NCBI RefSeq assembly: GCF_000143415.4 | Contig: NW_003314278.1 | Coordinates: 698,371-762,370, forward strand | Direction: 5' to 3' | DNA length: 64,000 nt | Source of the DNA: Selaginella moellendorffii | Taxonomy: Eukaryota > Plantae > Lycopodiophyta | Shown here: positions 1 to 11,582 of the stretch, piece after piece | Layout of the letters: every line of letters starts with the position of its first letter | How positions within the stretch are numbered: position 1 is the first letter of the stretch | Made by a program: the position numbers and the translations under genes | The notes under the pieces: model-generated | The model's database searches: none | Told to the model about the DNA's origin: nothing | What the model saw: the letters and a program-made list of their open reading frames with translations, nothing else

Positions 1-551
1 AACACACTTGGGAACTTGCGGACAACTTGATTCATTCTCCTAACCTTGTTCAGGACTTCCACCGCCGCTATCCTTCTCGTCCCAGTCCTCATTCTTTTCA
101 TTCTCCATCTCCCGTCCCTTGCCACCCATCTCATCCTCCTCTTCATTCTCATTCACGTCCTCTTTCCACTCGTTCTTGAGGAGGGGGTGCTGTCAGAAAT
201 CCCCCAATTCTTGCCACATTCCTGACTCTTGCCACATTCCTGACCTGCAGACTATATTCCTGACTCTCGAAACACTTCCCTTTTCCTGACTCTCTGATTT
301 CTCTTATGATTCTTGAGTCTCAAACCACATTCCTGATGATGACATGGTGCCTCCTCGACCTCAGCTATATTTAGGCCTTCCTCGATCCAAGAGTGGTGGA
401 GCTTCATCAACCTATAGTATATATAGGTTAGCCTTGTTTCATTTCTCCACAATCTGAATCAACACTAGTCTAAGGCCTCTTCCTCGTTTCCACTAGCTTT
501 TCTTTTTATTTTCTCCATTTTCCAGTCCTGATCTTGTTGGGGGTCTTGACA
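1..551 (+). mobile_element. 3' end of a Tcn1-like chromoviral Ty3/gypsy element (chromodomain tail, PPT, 3' LTR 191-551)
   Basis: Frame 3 reads HTWELADNLIHSPNLVQDFHRRYPSRP... to a stop at 177-179, which is a chromodomain C-terminus. The PPT GAGGAGGGGGTGC precedes a 361-bp LTR with inverted ends TGTCAGAAATCCCCCAA...TTGGGGGTCTTGACA and a TATA-like tract near 412-426. Confidence 0.85.
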
Positions 552-1669
552 AGGACCCCTTAAATCCCAAGCCTTGGATGCATCATTTGCTTCGGGACAC
601 TAGGGGGAAACACCGTGGCCTAACGGCCCGGTATACGTACCCCTACTCCCCCAAGGGAAGGCCCAAGCCCCTAAGAAGGGCAAGGACTAATGAGCCGCAA
701 GGTACTCAAGTGGGGCAATGAGTCGGGAGCACCACAGTTTGTTTCCCTTCAGAGAGTGGGAGCTGCTCTTGAGCACTTCCTTGGATGGCCCCTCCAGCAC
801 CACCTGAGTCCATGCTCACTCCCACCCAAGGCCCCTCAACCCCAATCTCAACCTCAAGTCAATTTGGAAGCATCACTAGAGAGTTCCTTCAAGACTGGTT
901 CCTAGACCTCATTATCCCTACTATACTTTTGGAACCCCCTACAGCCCCTCTCCCCCTGAGAGACACATGCTTTGGGCTTTCACCCCACGACCTGTATTAG
1001 TATTCAGACTTGATCTCAGACTTGATCTTGGACTCGATCTCAGACTCGACCTTGGACTCGGTCTCGGACTCGATCTCGGACTCAATCTTGGACCCAACTC
1101 GGACTTGGTCTCGGACTCGGTCTTGAACTCGGTCTTAGAGTCAGTCTTGAACTTGATCTTGAACTTAGTCTCATCTGATAAACTCTTTTTATCATTTTGG
1201 TTGTGCTTTTGGGGATCCTTTAGCTTAGGATTAAAAAGAGGCGTTCGATGTGGGCATCGAACTTCTTCTATGGGTAGTGGAGTTGTAAAGAACCAACTCC
1301 TTGAGGTGTCGAACAACTTATTGACTATGTCTCCAAGGGCATTTAACGATGTGATTAAGTTAGCCTCCCTAGCCAAGAGTGGAATATAGGTGTCCCTATA
1401 CCCCTCCCCTCACCCTAGTATGGGGTTGGGACTTGAACCTAGCCTTGCTTTACTAGAGGGTTGAGACTCAAACTCAACCTCCGTAAAATATGTTTACGAA
1501 TTTGACATCCTTGTGGGGAGTTGGGTGTAGCTTCCTATGCCTGGTCAACCTAACTAACCCATGCTAATTAACTTACCTCCGGCGCGCCTTTAGGTCCCAA
1601 CATATGACATTGCTCAATTTCTCAAAGAGATTCTTTAATTGAATTTTGCATAAGTACATAGAGTTCTAC

Positions 1670-1845
1670 TTTGCAAAAATTTCTCCACTAGATCCCGCTC
1701 ATTTGCTAGGTTCTCCTTTGGTTCCCATGTTGTTTCGCAATGTGGAAATCCTTTTCACTTCACATAAAACTCTCTCATCTCGTGTCCTTGTTGCTTGCTC
1801 TTGTGCGTATTGAGAATGGCCTTGACATTATATTCCTCTTCCCTT
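1670..1845 (-). pseudogene. Integrase C-terminal class I chromodomain (one nonsense mutation)
   Basis: Manual translation gives EEEYNVKAILNTHKSKQQGHEMREFYVK*KGFPHCETTWEPKENLANERDLVEKF; the stop replaces the conserved W of VKW. Confidence 0.8.
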
Positions 1846-1879
1846 TAAGTAAAGGTCTTACTTGGTCTTTGCAAAGCGG

Positions 1880-4480
1880 ATTCTCAAAGTACGACTTGAG
1901 TAAGTTCAAATGGAACACATGGTGCATCTTTCCCATCTCTCAAGGAAATTATAAATGGTAAGCCACCTTACTAATTCGTGCCTCAATTTCATAAGGCCCT
2001 GCGAACCTACTTAAGGAACTCAAGATCAATTCATTTTTAGGAATGCATACATTTTTACCTTTGGGTTAGCTTTTAGCTGATCCCACTTGGTAACTTTAGG
2101 TTCTTGGTGTTCAGCCACACCTTCTCCCCAAGTTGGAACTCTACATTCCAGTACTTTTAGTTTATATACTTGGTTTGCCTTTGTTGAGCTCATTCCAAGG
2201 AATCCCTCACTAGATTCCAAATGTTGAGTCTTTCCACTGTGAATGCCTCCACTACAGATAACTCTCCATGATATTTGGCCACATCAAGTTCCACAGGACC
2301 TTTAATAGATCACCCATTGATGATTTCCCATGGACTGACTTCGATACTCGAGTGTGGTGAGTTGTTATAGCACATTTCCGCAAGTCCTAAATGATTTATC
2401 CAATTAGTTTGGTCTCCGAAGACATAGCATTGCAAATAATCCTCGAGCTGCCTATTCACTCTTTCCATTTGTCTGTCTGTCAAGAAGTGTTAGTGCCATT
2501 AAACTTGACTTAATACTCAATACCTGTCTGTGGGTGATAGGCTGTGTTGAATTTCAACTTGGTGCGATACTGTTCCAGGAGAGTTCTCCAGAACCTACTA
2601 CTGAAGATCTTATCTTGATCTGATATAATCTCTTCTAGTCTTCCTCACACTTGAATCACTTGTTTGAAGAACAACTTTGCCACACCTTCCGCATCCATTT
2701 CCATTATAATGGGTATGAAATGTGCCATTTTCAAAAATCAGTCCACCACCACAAATATCGTATAAAACCCCTCACTTGGGGGGAGTCCCACGATGAAGTC
2801 CATCGTAAGGCATTTTCACAGACGATTTGAAATTAGGATGCTTTGTAACAAGCCCCCACTAGCCTTAGTCACGGCTTTGACCTACTGACATGTTGGACAT
2901 GTCTTACATAGTCTTGGACGTTCTTAGCCATATCTGGCTAGTGGTACTTCCTCTTGAGTAAACTCATGGTCTTGGGCACTCTGCCGGGTCTCGCAAGAGG
3001 TCTGTCATGACACTCTTCCAAGGCTATCTTCTTTAATTTCCCTTCTGGAACATACACCCTCATTTATTTATAATAGATAAGTCTATTGTGTTTTGCATAA
3101 CCTGTTTTCTCTTTCGTTGACAACTCACCTCTTTAGTGAGTTTCCCATGCCTCTTGGTTCCTCAAAACCACTTTTTGTGCTAGACCATTGTTCTCATACG
3201 CTATCTACACATCATCCCAAAAGGTTGTTATTGTGCTGGATATCGCTAACTTCAAGCTCATTTTTCGACTTAGAGCATCTGCCATGATGTTGCTCTTCCC
3301 AGATTCATACAAAATCTCGCAATCAAACTTGGCCAAAGCATTGGCCCACCGACCCTCTTTCCCTTTTAGGTTGAGTTGTGATAATAGGTGTTTCATTGCT
3401 ACATTATCCGTGTAAAATTTGAAGTGTCTCCCAAGGTAGTGTTGCCACTCTTTGAGCGCCTTGACCACTGCAAACAATTCCTTCTCATGGAGAGGCCATT
3501 TTTGCTGAGCCTTGTTCAACTTCTTTGAGAAGAACGCTACTAAATGGTTGTCTTGCTTAAAAAATGTGCCCAATGCAAAGTTTGAAATATCTATTTCTAT
3601 CTCAAAGCCTTTACCAAAGTCTGGTAATGCCAATACGGGAGCCTTCCTCAACCTCCCTTTGAGGTGAACAAATACTACTTCACATTCTGTTGTCTATACC
3701 GTCTTCTTTTTTCCCATTTGGTCCATTAAAGGCAGGGCTACTCTCGAATAGTGTTTGATAAATTTTCGATAGTAGTTGTATAGCCCTAAAAATGCCTTTA
3801 ACTCATGTACATTTGATGGCCATTTCCATTCCTAGATCACTTGGACCTTCTCAAGGTCCACCTTGAGCCCATCTTTGCCCACCACATGCCTAAGAAACTT
3901 TACCTCTTGTTAAGCAAAGTCACATTTGCTCTCTTTGGCATACAGCTGGTGTTCTCTTATTTTCTCAAACACCTTTGTCATACTCCTCTAGTGTTTCGCT
4001 ATAGATCAAGATGTCATCAATGTAGACAACCACGAAATGGTCCAAGTAGGGTACAAAAATGTGGTTCATCAACGCCGAGAATGTTGCTGGTGCATTACAT
4101 AGCCTAAAGGGCATCACTAAAAACTCAAAGCTTCTATACCTTATTTGATAGGTTGTCTTATCAACATCTTCCTCTGCTACCCTAATCTGGTAGTATCCTG
4201 ACTTTAGGTCAATCCTTGAAAAATATTTTGCCTTTCCTAACCTATCAAATAAATCCTCAATCCTTGGTAAAGGGTGCTTGTTCTTCTTTGTATACTTGTT
4301 AAGTAACAGGTAGTTTATGCACATACATATAGATCCATCTTTCTTTTTCACAAATAACACCAGTGCACCATACAATGATTTGCTCAACCTAATATACCCT
4401 TTTTCCCCCAACTCCTCAAGTTGACATTTGAGCTCCTTGAGTTCCTTTTTATTCAGTCGATAAAGGAGACGAACCACCAC
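1880..4480 (-). pseudogene. Disrupted pol (RT, RNase H, integrase) of the host chromovirus
   Basis: [31 protein letters not shown]...YIDDILIYS (3965-4480); RNase H APVLALPDF...EKELFAVV...ADALSR (3205-3651); fragmented integrase at ~1900-3000. Confidence 0.9.
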
Positions 4481-4986
4481 CTTAGCACCTTTGACTAGCT
4501 CGATCTTATATTCTATTGGTCATTCAGGGGTTAACCCCGTCCATCATGGTATCTTGGAATTGGTCCAACACCTGCTAAATCACTAAAGGTACTTCTTTTA
4601 TTCCCATCTTTTGTCACTCCTCACCGAAAGTAAGTACAAAAATGTTGTCTTGGTTCCTTTAGTGAGTTGTTCTTTCGTGGATACTAGGTTCAAGCAAGAG
4701 TCTTTAGCCTTACATTGCCCTTCCTTTAGATCCTGGGATTCCACTTTAGATCGTTCTTGTGAGACACAAAATCCCTAGGCCCCAAAGTGGAGCTGGAAGG
4801 GTGCCCGTGGTAGTGGCCGAAGCGAAAGCCAAACGAGTGTAACACGTTTGGACTAAAAGCTCCGACTTGAAAGGTCGAGAGCAGGAGTGGAACTCCCAAC
4901 AAAGTGCTCGAGGAATGAGCACGAAGCGAGCCATAAGCGAGGCTCTAAAAAGGGACCCGAAAGGACTAACACATGACACGTGGAAG

Positions 4987-5470
4987 AGTCCGAGATGGAC
5001 CCCAAGTGGACTCCGATATGGAGTCCGAGATGGAGTCCGAGAAGGACCCGAGATGGAGTCCGATATAGAGTCCGAGATGGAGTCCGATATGGAGTCCGAG
5101 ATGGAGTCCAATATGGAGTCCGAGATGGAGTCCGAGATGGACCCGAGATGGAGTCCGAGATGGACCCGAGATGGAGTCCGAGATGGACCCAAGGTGGAGT
5201 CCGAGATGGACCCGAGGTGGAGTCCGAGATGGAGTCCGATATGGAGTCCGAGATGGAGTCCGAGATGGAGTCCGAGATGGACCCGAGATGGAGTCCGAGA
5301 TGGACCCGAGGTGGAGTCCAAGATGGACCCAAGGTGGAGTCCGAGATGGAGTCCGAGATGGAGTCCAAGATGGAACCGAGACCGGGACCGAGACCGGGAC
5401 CGAGACTGAGACCGAGACCAAGTTCGAGTCCGAATTCGGGACCAAGACCGAGTCCGAGTCCGAGTCCGAA
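4987..5470 (+). repeat. Tandem array of GATGGAGTCCGA (12 bp) / GATGGACCCGA (11 bp) units inside the 5' LTR
   Basis: Directly visible; it generates the spurious MESE/WSPR/HLGL ORFs in all frames. Confidence 0.95.
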
Positions 5471-7951
5471 TACTAATACAGGCAGTTGGGTGAAAGCCCA
5501 AAGCGATCGTCCCCCAAGGGGGGGGGGGGGGGGGGGGGGGCTGCGGGGGGTTCCAAAAGTATAGTAGGGAGAGTGTGGGGGTTGGAGCCCAGTGGAGCCA
5601 GTTTGGCCAGGAAAGGCCAGTTTGGTCCAGGAAGGCCAGACCCAGTGTTGGGTGATGAGCTGACCACTGGGAAGTCCAAGACTAGAGTGAACATGGACCG
5701 ACAAGCGGGGTAGCTTGGTGAAGTGTTCAAGAGCCGGCTCTAGTTCCCCCGGGAGATCGACTGGCCGATGCTCCCAGTCCAAGTGTGGGTGGCACTACCT
5801 ACTTGGATACCAGGCGTGGCTCAACGGAACCTCGCTCTAAGCCCATGGCTAGAGCACCCAAGGGCGGAAGGCGGGGAGAGTACCCAGGTGGCTCGCGTAA
5901 GGCCATGGTGTTCCGAAATGTTGTCCCAAAGGCCCAGACTGTGGAAAGGAAGAGGAGCAGTCCTCTGGGGCAGTGACCAAGGACGCAGTCATGTGGTGAG
6001 GAAGTCCCAGAGGACCGTGGGACTTAGTGGTCGGGCCTGTGGGCCTCGATCCAGTGGCAGTGTTGGCAAACACGGCCAAGGGCAGAAAGGGATTTAGTGG
6101 GGATTGACAGAGGGATATTGGGGAAGGCCATTCCCCTTGTCGGTGGGCATCCTAAGGATGCTAAGGAGTGGATCTGAGATGACCACTCACGGATGGTTTG
6201 CCTAGTCTTGGAGAGCCAAGACTGTGATGCAAGTGGTATTGGACTACCAGTGTGGCAAAGGTGATTGGGCATGGCCTTAGCGTAACAAGCTGCCATATCG
6301 GTGGTACCTTTGAGTGTCGGTCATGGGATTGGACACGTGGAGCACTTGGACCAAGTGCAAATGTTGAGTGGCATGGATGCCATTCTCGGGGCTAGCAAGT
6401 CCGAAGTCCTAAATTGGACTTATGGAGGTTGTGAATGAGACTCCTCCAAGTGGTCGGAGGTGTGGTTAAGTGACTAAAGTAGACTGATCATGTCTTGATA
6501 TAGAACATGATCTCTAATGCCTAGGACAAACAGTATTGAGGATGCTTAAGACCAGCTTGAGGGCAGCCTATGGAAATGCTACTTCTCGTTGTATGTGCAT
6601 CAGGGCCACCAATTGATTGCCAAGATCTAGTGCACCTCATTTAAAATCACAAGATCAATCTAAATAGTCGCTTACAACTTGGTATCGGAGCTGTTCCTTA
6701 GTCCGACTCTTATTGGTGCTCAAGTATATCACCATTGATGTTGGCATCGGAAGGTCCTAGGAGTGGGCCTATCCTTAAGGAGTAGCATGTCGAGAGGACA
6801 TAGCTCTCCACTCAAGTTCATGCGTGAACTTGGGCACAATGTGGTGGATAGAAAAGGGCCAATAATGGAACGACTTTGGGATCTTGGGAACAGTATAAGG
6901 TCTCCTCAGAGAGCTGAGGATGTGATTCAAATGAGCATTTGACACAGCAAACGGGCTAACGTAGTTGTAATAAACAACTATAGTTGGGATCATGGGAAAG
7001 ATGTAGACTCCAAAACAATAAAGGAGTCACAAGATTATCCTCATATAGTTGAGGTTGGTGCTCATGAATGTGAGACCAGAGGTAATGACCGTGGGAGGTC
7101 AAATACGGAAGAGGACTCAAGTCCTTGAAATGGTAGCCGGGGCTACCTTTATTAAATGCTGGAACAACCCAAGGAGTTGAGGGGTGTACTTAGAGATGAG
7201 TTGGTATTCTCATCACATGGACAAGTAGTCTTATGGGGCAGAGGTTGCCCCAGAGAACAAAAACAAGTGTCAGAGTAACACTTGCAAAAATAGTCTTTCT
7301 GAGTAGGACAGGAATGCAGGAAGTGTATTCTAGTGAGCTAGTGCCTCACAAGTGGGACCTTACGGGTCTGTGGATTAACCAAGTCCAAAACTGCTGGATG
7401 ACTCAAGTAGAGTCAAGGAATGGTCCTAGAAGGACTGATGGAAGCATTTGGATTGAGGTGTGTGGTACCCCACGAAAGATGGGGGGGGGGGGGGATCATA
7501 AGATCCAAGTATGAGAACAGTAGGTATCTCATTGATGGCAGAATGTGCCATACTAAAGTTGTGGGAAAGATGTTCCCAGAAGAAGACAACTTTGACCCAG
7601 AGTTGGGTGCAAACACTATGGTGCGGTGCTAACGAATAGTTAGCATGAGGAACAACTATATTGGCCTTGGCAAGACCTAGACACTAATAAGTAGTGTCAT
7701 AGAGGTAGGCTCGTGGAGCCGATGGTGTGGAGACACCAAATGTGCCAAGGTGTGATACCTTGAGGCTATGTTCCAAGGTGCAAACGTTCAATAGATGGAA
7801 ATTGAGACTACTCGAGAAGGAGTAGTGGGATTGACTTAGAGAAGGGTCTCTAAGAGATTTAGTGAGAACTAAACCAATAAAAGGAGAGAACCACTACATG
7901 TGGTCCAATCAGTCTCTAAGTTGGAGAGACTACCCTCCTTAGAGGATGGGC

Positions 7952-8131
7952 AAGGCATGGTGAGCCTTTGGTGTCAAACTATTAAGGAATATGCAAAAGG
8001 CATGGTGAGCCTTCAATGTCAAACCATTGATGAATATGGAGAAGGCATGGTGAGCCTTCAATGTCAAACCATTGACGAATATGGAGAAGGCATGGTGAGC
8101 CTTCAATGTCAAACCATTGACAAATATTGGC
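7952..8131 (+). repeat. 4 x 45-bp tandem repeat in the internal region
   Basis: AAGGCATGGTGAGCCTTCAATGTCAAACCATTGATGAATATGGAG units start at 7952, 7997, 8042 and 8087. Confidence 0.92.
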
Positions 8132-8459
8132 TAGGTGCCAAGGATGGAAATGGTAACACATGCGGGTGTTACTTTATAAAATGGTTTACCATTCGATGAG
8201 GACATCGAACTTCGTCTATGGGTGGTGGAGTTGTGAGACACAAAATCCCTAGGCCCCAAAGTGGAGCTGGAAGGGTGCCCGTGGTAGTGGCCGAAGCGAA
8301 AGCCAAACGAGTGTAACACGTTTGGATTAAAAGCTCCAACTTGAAAGGTCGAGAGCGGGAGTGGAACTCCCAACAAAGTGCTCGAGGAATGAGCACAAAG
8401 CGAGCCATAAGCGAGGCTCTAAAAAGGGACCCAAAAGGACTAACACATGACACGTGGAA

Positions 8460-8935
8460 GAGTCCGAGATGGACCCCAAGTGGAGTCTGATATGGAGTCC
8501 GAGATGGACCCCAAGTGGAGTCTGATATGGAGTCCGAGATGGAGTCCGAGAAGGACCTGAGATGGAGCCTGAGATGGAGTCCGATATGGAGTCCGAGATG
8601 GAGTCCGAGATGGAGTCCGAGATGGAGTCCGAGATGGACCCGAGATGGAGTCCGAGATGGACCCAAGGTGGAGTCCAAGATGGACCCGAGGTGGAGTCCG
8701 AGATGGAGTCCGATATGGAGTCCGAGATGGACCGAGATGGAGTCCGAGATGGACCCGAGATGGAGTCCGAGATGGACCTGAGGTGGAGTCCAAGATGGAC
8801 CCAAGGTGGAGTCCGAGATGGAGTCCGAGATGGAACCGAGACCAGGACCGAGACCGGGACCGAGATCGAGACCGAGACCAAGTTCGAGTCTGAATCCGGG
8901 ACCAAGACCGAGTCCGAGTCCGAGTCTGAGTCCGA
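8460..8935 (+). repeat. Same 11/12-bp tandem array inside the 3' LTR
   Basis: Directly visible; unit order differs from the 5' LTR copy. Confidence 0.95.
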
Positions 8936-10239
8936 ATACTAATACAGGCAGTTGGGTGAAAGCCCAAAGCGATCGTCCCCCAGGGGGGGGGGGGGCCTGC
9001 GGGGGGTTCCAAAAGTATAGTAGGGAGAGTGTGGGGGTTGGAGCCCAGTGGAGCCAGTTTGGCCAGGAAAGGCCAGTTTGGCCCAGGAAGGCCAGACCCA
9101 GTGTTGGGTGATGAGCTGACCACTGGGAAGTCCAAGACTAGAGTGAACATGGACCGACAAGCGGGGTAGCTTGGTGAAGTGTTCAAGAGTCGGCTCTAGT
9201 TCCCCCGGGAGATCGACTAGCCGATGCTCGCAATCCAAGTGTGGGTGGCACTACCTACTTGGATACCAGGCGTGGCTCAACGGAACCTCGCTCTAAGCCC
9301 ATGGCTAGAGCACCCAAGGGCGGAAGGCGGGGAGAGTACCCAGGTGGCTCGTGTAAGGCCACGGTGTTCCGAAATGTTGTCCCAAAGGCCCAGACTGTGG
9401 AAAGGAAGAGGAGCAGTCCTCTGGGGCAGTGACCAAGGACGCAGTCATGTGGTGAGGAAGTCCCAGAGGACCGTGGGACTTAGTGGTCGGGCCTGTGGGC
9501 CTCGATCCAGTGGCAGTGTTGGCAAACACGGCCAAGGGCAGAAAGGGATTTAGTGGGGATTGACAGAGGGATATTGGGGAAGGCCATTCCCCTTGTCGGT
9601 GGGCATCCTAAGGATGCTAAGGAGTGGATCTGAGATGACCACTCACGGATGGTTTGCCTAGTCTTGGAGAGCCAAGACTGTGATGCAAGTGGTATTGGAC
9701 TACCAGTGTGGCAAAGGTGATTGGGCATGGCCTTAGCGTAACAAGCTGCCATATCGGTGGTACCTTTGAGTGTCGGTCATGGGATTGGACACGTGGAGCA
9801 CTTGGACCAAGTGCAAATGTTGAGTGGCATGGATGCCATTCTCGGGGCTAGCAAGTCCGAAGTCCTAAATTGGACTTATGGAGGTTGTGAATGAGACTCC
9901 TCCAAGTGGTCGGAGGTGTGGTTAAGTGACTAAAGTTGAATGGAAAATTTAGTCGCTTACAGTTCTCCTTGGGCATTCACCAGTACCACAAGGTTCCTAC
10001 CTTGTTTATGCAGGGTTACTACAAACTGATTGAACCAATCCATCCCAAATATTACATCAAATCCTGCCATATCCAATACAATGAAATTTATATCTACTTT
10101 CCATATCTCTACTTCTACTCTTGTTTATTGAAGTACTCCATCAGTGTTTTGGCTACCTTGAACAAACTTTATAATCTTTGGTTCACTCAACCGCTTCACC
10201 GTTAGTCTAGTTTGCTAAACTATGTCTGCAACCACAAAA

Positions 10240-11582
10240 TTATCTAAAGCACCTATGTCAATAAAGATCTTAACAAAGTTACCTCCGAGCTTCCCTTGGA
10301 AGGCTAATAGATGTTGTGAATGACTCTTTACCAAAGTTGCTCATGTAATGAGTAACTTTGAGTTAAGGATTGGATCACGTACCTTAATTTAGATTTCACC
10401 TGACTTAATGGATATATTGGCTTTGGCCTTTTTCGAGTAGGGACATTCCCTCAAAAATTGTCCCACTTCACCACAGTTGAAGCATATATTATTTCCCATG
10501 CTATTAATAGACTTGACTTTTTTATCTATAGGTTTGTCCCTTTTTGCTTGACTCCCCCATATACTTGCTTGCAGGCCCCCAGATCTACCTTTCTGGAACC
10601 CTTAGGACTCATTCTTAGAAAAACTCTTTTTGAATTTCCTTTTGCTATATGTCCCCTTTGGTTTGTCCCCTTTACTAAATGTGGACCCTGACTTTGTTGT
10701 GTTCCCCTTTTGCAAGTTATCATTGAAATGCTCCTTGATAGCTGCATCCAACGCTTCTTTGTAGTTGGTCAAGTTCGAACATATCACTTCGCCGCCAGCC
10801 CAGGTTTGCAAGCCTGATATGAAGGTATGGAACGCATCTATATCACCCATATCTATAACAAGTATCCTCTTTGCCATAAATGCATTCACATACTTTTGAA
10901 TGGTTCCGGTTTGCTTTAGCCTACTTAGTTCATCCCTTAGGTGTAGAGTAGCACTTGGAGGAACGTAAGTTGTATAGATCCTCGCCTTCATCATTTCTCA
11001 AGTGGCCACCGGTCGTTCATTGGCCTCTATTGTTCTTCACCAAGACTTAGCATTATCTGCCAAGTATGGTTTTGCACATGGGACCTTCTCTGAGCTTGAT
11101 AACCGCAACACTCGGAAATAATCCTCCATATAATAAAACCAATCCTTCACCACCTTATAGTCATTCACTCCCTTAAAGACTGATGGGGGCTTTGGTTTGT
11201 ACTTCGGAATTACTTGAGGAATTGATTCCACTTCAGTTTGTTTAATTTTGTTCGGTTCTACCTTAGTCCCCGCCAGAAGGTCCACTCCTTTTACGCTACC
11301 AGCATCTGTAGTCTTTTGCTTTTTCTTTTGCTTCTCGTCATGCTTTAGCTTGCATACGAGTGTCTCCAGCAAGGCATTGGTCTATGCCAATTGTCTTTCT
11401 AGAACATCCAATTGAGCCTTGGACGATCAAACCTCACCACTGGACTCTTGTTTAGAAGTTTCCTCACTGGAGTCCTCCTCATGCAAGGATTCCTCATCCC
11501 TAGCCTTTTGTTCGATCGGAGGCTCCAATTTTGGCAAAGATTTCATCTCCGCCTTGGTTCTTTTACGCCCTACTTTTGCCAT
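10240..11582 (-). pseudogene. Disrupted gag and protease of the host chromovirus
   Basis: ORFs 11037-11372 and 10602-10994 are retrotransposon-gag-like (LRDELSRLKQTGTIQKYVNAF); zinc knuckle at ~10440-10485; protease motif at ~10250-10270. Confidence 0.8.

Larger units (their letters stand above)
4758..9961 (+). mobile_element. Young non-autonomous LTR retrotransposon (LARD/large-TRIM-like)
   Basis: 5' LTR 4758-6676 and 3' LTR 8232-9961 (TGTGAGAC...CGCTTACA) are nearly identical. Perfect TSD GTTCT at 4753-4757 and 9962-9966, PBS TGGTATCGGAGC at 6680-6691, PPT at ~8218-8231. The 1.5-kb internal region has no gag/pol ORF. Confidence 0.92.

Noticed and set aside
4987-5470. Regular short repeats resembling a CRISPR array
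   Set aside because: The units are contiguous with no unique spacers, there are no cas genes, and the context is a plant LTR.
4746-5782. Many long overlapping ORFs with MESE/WSPR/HLGL/SISD repeats (also 939-1389, 8169-9238, 12255-12644, 18423-18951)
   Set aside because: They are by-products of stop-free 11/12-bp LTR arrays, open in most frames on both strands, with no domain content.
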